Shown: positions 60,014 through 64,000 of the stretch, one piece after another
Layout of the letters: each line of letters starts with the position of its first letter
How positions within the stretch are numbered: the stretch's first letter is position 1
Assembly: GCA_003518365.1 (NCBI GenBank)
Contig: DOYU01000019.1
Coordinates: 40,224-104,223 of the forward strand
Source: Candidatus Magasanikiibacteriota bacterium
GTDB lineage: Bacteria > Patescibacteriota > Patescibacteriia > Magasanikbacterales > UBA922
Direction of reading: 5' to 3'
DNA: 64,000 nucleotides
Translations under genes and position numbers: made by a program
Notes under the pieces: generated by a model
What the model was told of the DNA's origin: nothing
Seen by the model: the letters and a program-made list of their open reading frames with translations, nothing else
The model's database searches: none

Positions 60014-60118
60014 TCCGAATATGACGAATCTTTATCCGAATCTACAAATATCCGAATACCTACAAATCTTCTTTGAAAGATATTCGTAATATTAGGATAT
60101 TTGTAGATTCGGATTATT
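60012..60118. repeat. mirror array of ATCCGAAT/TACAAAT repeats
   Basis: taatccgaat..tatccgaatctacaaatatcc ... ggatatttgtagattcggatta. Confidence 0.8.
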
Positions 60119-60129
60119 ATATTTGTACT

Positions 60130-61920
60130 ATGGAAAAACAATGGTCGATCTTAGACCTTCCCCCACAATCATTTTTGGACGAACATCCTGAACTGCCACC
60201 CATCGTCGCAAATTTGTTGTATCATCGTAATATCAAAGAACAACAAGATATTGATATTTTTCTTGGTCCAGACTATAGCCGTGATGTGCATGATCCATAT
60301 TTATTTCAAGATATGGAAAAGGCAGTCGCACGCATCAACCAAGCAATTGAACAAAATGAACGAGTTACAGTACACGGGGATTATGATGCAGACGGGGTAT
60401 CTGGCGCTACTATTTTGACGACCATGTTTCGCTCACTTGGATATGAAAACACAGATATCTATATTCCCCATCGTGAAACAGAAGGATATGGATTGAATCT
60501 CAATACCGTCAAACTGCTCCATGAACAAGGAACGACACTCATCATCACCTGCGACTGTGGTATTAGCAATACACCAGAAGTAGCCCTCGCCAATGAACTC
60601 GGGATAGATGTGATTATTACCGACCACCACTCTATTCCAGCAGTACTGCCAGCAGCAATTGCAATTATCCATCCAAAAATAGAAGGGGAACCCTATCCAG
60701 ACAAAACACTTGCAGGAGGTGCTGTTGCATTCAAAGTCCTCCAAGCAATGTTCAAAAAACATGCTGAAGCACATGAGACATTGCCAAATGGAGAACTCCA
60801 TGCCTCTGCAGAAAAATGGCTCCTCGACATGGTCGCGATTGCGACCGTGGCAGACATGGTTCCCCTCCTCGGTGAATCTCGCACTCTCACAAAATATGGT
60901 CTGATCGTAATGAACAAAGCAAAACGTATAGGCCTCAGAAAGCTTCTCCTTGAAGCAGGCATTATGCATGCAGACGGATCGATGAAATATCCTATTACCG
61001 AAGAAACCATTGGATTTCGTATTGCTCCATGGATCAATGCTGCAGGCCGTATTGACCATGCAAATGTAGCATACAATCTTTTTACAACCACAAGTCCGAC
61101 AGAAGCCGTCGATCTTGCGTACAAACTCAATCAAAATAATATCGAACGTCAAGCCATGACAGAAATGTATGTGGCAGAAGCAACAAGACAAGTCGAACAA
61201 GAACAAAAAGAGGCACCGGTTCTCTTTGTCTATCATGAAAGCTGGAATCCTGGTGTCGTAGGGCTTGTTGCCAGCAGAATAAAAAATACCTATGACAAAC
61301 CAGTCATCGCCATGACAAGCAATGAATCTGGCATTATGGGATCAGGACGAAGTGTGGAAGGATTCAATATGATCGAGGCTATCCAATCTATGCCAGAATT
61401 TTTTGATAAATTTGGTGGACATCCTATGGCATGTGGCTTTACCCTAGCATCTCCAGAAAAACGAGCAGAATTCCAACAGGCACTTTCAAATATATTTGTA
61501 GAAAAAACAGCAGGCATGGATTTGTCACCAAAACTTATGATTGAGGCAGACATTGATCTCGATACGATCAATTGGAATTTGTACGAACTGCTTGAAAAAT
61601 TTTCTCCCTTTGGCCAAGCAAATCCAAAACCACGGTATCTTGCAAAAGATGTTACCATTTTTTCTCTTCAGTCTATTGGCAAGTCGCAAGGACATCTCAA
61701 AATGGTCCTCCAACATCATACGAAAAAAATGCACAAAGCCATTGGCTGGGGACTGGCAGATGCCACTCGTGGTGATGGCAATGACTGGAGTAAGGTATTG
61801 AAGGCTGGAGACCATGTTGATATAGTATGTGAGATTGGATTGAATGAATGGAATGGCAATCGAGAATTGCAGTTAACTATTACAGATATTCGGAAGGCTG
61901 AGAAAGCTGAGCAGGCTTAG
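60130..61920 (+). CDS. recJ: single-stranded DNA exonuclease RecJ
   Basis: GDYDADG, EGYGLN, DCG, TDHH, INAAGR, GGHPMACG, PFGQANP. Confidence 0.96.
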   Translation: MEKQWSILDLPPQSFLDEHPELPPIVANLLYHRNIKEQQDIDIFLGPDYSRDVHDPYLFQDMEKAVARINQAIEQNERVTVHGDYDADGVSGATILTTMFRSLGYENTDIYIPHRETEGYGLNLNTVKLLHEQGTTLIITCDCGISNTPEVALANELGIDVIITDHHSIPAVLPAAIAIIHPKIEGEPYPDKTLAGGAVAFKVLQAMFKKHAEAHETLPNGELHASAEKWLLDMVAIATVADMVPLLGESRTLTKYGLIVMNKAKRIGLRKLLLEAGIMHADGSMKYPITEETIGFRIAPWINAAGRIDHANVAYNLFTTTSPTEAVDLAYKLNQNNIERQAMTEMYVAEATRQVEQEQKEAPVLFVYHESWNPGVVGLVASRIKNTYDKPVIAMTSNESGIMGSGRSVEGFNMIEAIQSMPEFFDKFGGHPMACGFTLASPEKRAEFQQALSNIFVEKTAGMDLSPKLMIEADIDLDTINWNLYELLEKFSPFGQANPKPRYLAKDVTIFSLQSIGKSQGHLKMVLQHHTKKMHKAIGWGLADATRGDGNDWSKVLKAGDHVDIVCEIGLNEWNGNRELQLTITDIRKAEKAEQA

Positions 61921-61975
61921 AAGGCTTGTAAGGCTTTTTACATTATTCTAAGCATTCCAAGCCTTCTAAGCTTTT
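61892..61975. repeat. mirror array of GAAGGCTTR 9-mers overlapping the recJ stop
   Basis: gaaggctga gaaagctga gcaggctta gaaggcttg taaggctt / ctaagcatt ccaagcctt ctaagcttt. Confidence 0.82.
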
Positions 61976-61979
61976 CATT

Positions 61980-62381
61980 ATGAAATTATACCTACACACA
62001 GACGGAGGCTCTCGGAACAACCCAGGACCTTCGGCATCAGGCATTGTCATAAAAGATGATACAGGAAAGATTGTCGCATCCTACGGCGAATATCTTGGTA
62101 TTCAAACCAATAATTTTGCAGAATATTCTGCAGTGATTTCAGCACTTACAAAAGCAAAAGATCTTGGCGCAACAGAAATCGTGATCATTGCCGACAGTAA
62201 GCTCGTTGTCGAACAACTGAACAGACGATGGAAAGTAAAACATCCAAACATTCAACCTTTATTTCTCAAATGCTGGAATCTGATGCAACAGTTTAAAAAA
62301 GTCACCATCAAACATACCCTTCGCGCGGGAAATAAAGAAGCCGATGCAGAGGTGAATAAAGTGCTCGATGCACGCATGTAA
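61980..62381 (+). CDS. rnhA: ribonuclease HI (archaeal/actinobacterial-like)
   Basis: TDGGSRNNPG, TNNFAEY, DSKLVVEQ, NKEAD. Confidence 0.92.
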   Translation: MKLYLHTDGGSRNNPGPSASGIVIKDDTGKIVASYGEYLGIQTNNFAEYSAVISALTKAKDLGATEIVIIADSKLVVEQLNRRWKVKHPNIQPLFLKCWNLMQQFKKVTIKHTLRAGNKEADAEVNKVLDARM

Positions 62382-62382
62382 T

Positions 62383-62823
62383 ATGTCAGCAACTCCAAAA
62401 GTAGGAACATCTCACAATGGAAAAGATATGCACTATTCAGTTGGAGCAATGATTAAGCGTGGCGACACATATCTATTGATAGAACGGAATACGCCTCCAT
62501 TTGGCTTTGCTGGTCCAGCAGGGCATATTGATGAAGGAGAACTGTCAGAAGATGCCGTCCGACGTGAAGTGCAAGAAGAGACAGGCTTTCAACTAACAAA
62601 TGTCACTTTACTTACAGCAGACGAAGAACTTGATTGGAACTGGTGTAGACGTGGCATAGAAGTTCATTCTTGGTATCTGTATGAAGGAAGTATTGAGGGA
62701 GATGTAGACGAGACAAATGTTCGAGAAGTAAAATCAATTGGGTGGTATACCAAAGAACAGATAAAAACACTCACACTCGAACCTGTATGGAAATATTGGT
62801 TTAAAAAATACAATATTATATGA
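62383..62823 (+). CDS. NUDIX hydrolase
   Basis: PAGHIDEGE...AVRREVQEETG. Confidence 0.9.
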   Translation: MSATPKVGTSHNGKDMHYSVGAMIKRGDTYLLIERNTPPFGFAGPAGHIDEGELSEDAVRREVQEETGFQLTNVTLLTADEELDWNWCRRGIEVHSWYLYEGSIEGDVDETNVREVKSIGWYTKEQIKTLTLEPVWKYWFKKYNII

Positions 62824-63236
62824 AAATAGCACTCTGCCACAGCATGCAATATGCTGAAAAAGCAAAAGAAGTACAACAATGGTTTCAAGCTCGTGGGCAT
62901 GAAGCATTTCCTTCGTCATTTAATGAATTGTTTATAGGCCTCAGTGATGAAGAAAAAGAAACACTAAAACTAAAACAAAAATTTGAACTAGATGCTATTC
63001 GAGAGCATTGGGGTAATATAGAAAAATCAGACAAGGTCTTGATTCTCAATTACGACAAACACGGCATTCCAAATTATATTGGAGGCAATAGTTTTCTTGA
63101 AATGGGATTTGCATATATTCTCAAAAAACCGTTGTACCTTCTCAATCCGATTCCAGACATGCCCTATTATAAAACGGAAATTCAAGCAATGAAACCGATT
63201 GTGCTGAATGGAGATTTTGAAAAGATATTAGAATAA
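62820..63236 (+). CDS. nucleoside 2-deoxyribosyltransferase-like protein
   Basis: IEKSDKVLIL...IGGNSFLEMGFAY..KKP matches the NDT D...E.G.A...KP pattern. Confidence 0.6.
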   Translation: MKIALCHSMQYAEKAKEVQQWFQARGHEAFPSSFNELFIGLSDEEKETLKLKQKFELDAIREHWGNIEKSDKVLILNYDKHGIPNYIGGNSFLEMGFAYILKKPLYLLNPIPDMPYYKTEIQAMKPIVLNGDFEKILE

Positions 63237-63293
63237 TTGACGATCTTCAGAAAAGCTCATATACTATCATTTCTAACTATTAAGGAGAGGTAT

Positions 63294-63494
63294 ATGGGTA
63301 CCATCACCCGTTGCGACCTTTGCAACAAAAAAAGAGGTAGTAAAGATGATTGGTCATCGATTACTCTCAACACCTCAAACAAAGATTTGGCTGAAAAAAT
63401 AGGCTCATATGGATATCAGGTTTGGGATCTTTGTCCAGCATGTAGTGCAAAGGTTATACCAGCCACATTGAAAGTACTAAAAAAGAAAAAATAA
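63294..63494 (+). CDS. small C4 zinc-finger protein
   Basis: CDLC...DLCPAC; AAGGAG SD. Confidence 0.7.
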   Translation: MGTITRCDLCNKKRGSKDDWSSITLNTSNKDLAEKIGSYGYQVWDLCPACSAKVIPATLKVLKKKK

Positions 63495-63502
63495 GCACTT
63501 CT

Positions 63503-63529
63503 AAAAAACCGCCTTATAGCGGTTTTTTT
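63503..63529. terminator. bidirectional terminator
   Basis: aaaaaaccgc..gcggttttttt. Confidence 0.8.
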
Positions 63530-63531
63530 AT

Positions 63532-63999
63532 TTAATAAAGTTTTTTGAACTTAGTGAGTTTAAAGTTAACATTATTTCCATCTTTGTCTTTTCCTGAAAA
63601 AAACCTTAATCTTCTGTTTTGAGGGTCAACAAATTTCAACATGTTAAAAGCTGAGTATATTATAAATGTATATATGAGTACATTTGCAACAATAGGTGTC
63701 CAGTCAATCAATTGGGGCTGATTTATCAATTTATCTAGATTGTCTCCTTCCACAATTTTATTAATCACTTTATAGCGAAAAATGTAAAAGAAAGTATACC
63801 CTAGTATCGTTTCGTAAATAAAAGCTTTTCTGTAAAGTGCCACAATTAACACTCCAATCAACACAAGTATTTTTATAAGTTGGAATGCTATCAATGTTGT
63901 TGACTGGTGATAATAAAAAAAGATTGCTAAATTCAATATATTAGCCAAAACAAAATAAATAAGTATAGCGTCTAATATGACATTAATAACTTTGTATTT
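63532..63999 (-). CDS. AT-rich membrane protein, 3' part (runs off window end)
   Basis: Frame stays open to the window edge; hydrophobic. Confidence 0.65.
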   Translation of the reverse strand, partial: KYKVINVILDAILIYFVLANILNLAIFFYYHQSTTLIAFQLIKILVLIGVLIVALYRKAFIYETILGYTFFYIFRYKVINKIVEGDNLDKLINQPQLIDWTPIVANVLIYTFIIYSAFNMLKFVDPQNRRLRFFSGKDKDGNNVNFKLTKFKKLY

Positions 64000-64000
64000 C

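Noticed and set aside
201-61975. CRISPR array interpretation of the short repeats
   Set aside because: Units are 7-9 bp, contiguous and degenerate, with no unique spacers and no cas genes.

Overview
A 64 kb chromosomal segment from an AT-leaning bacterium using genetic code 11. Gene content and style suggest Patescibacteria/CPR (inference). Core genes include mraY (3' end), an Mpl/MurC ligase, an rml/GT2/GT4 surface-glycan locus, dnaB-ybaB-recR, rplU, mraZ-rsmH-ftsL, a membrane-anchored Clp ATPase, uvrA/B/C, recQ, recJ, rnhA, lepA, murJ and corA. I saw no rRNA, tRNA, CRISPR array, integrase or transposase. Four layers are not explained by the core genes. (1) About 12 dispersed single-gene cassettes, mostly orphan and GC-richer than their surroundings, each typically built as promoter, Shine-Dalgarno, ORF, GC-rich hairpin and terminator. 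At least six share a homologous 3' module, while most core genes lack an SD. (2) A self-promoted ~300 nt multi-hairpin ncRNA candidate between rplU and recR. (3) Palindromic miniature elements and mirror-image 7-9-mer repeat arrays, both intergenic and inserted in-frame in proteins. (4) Small unannotated ORFs: a LysW-like zinc-ribbon ending EEGK, a 42-aa peptide behind a long structured leader, and a duplicated uvrB 5' end. All calls come from reading motifs by eye; no database search was run.
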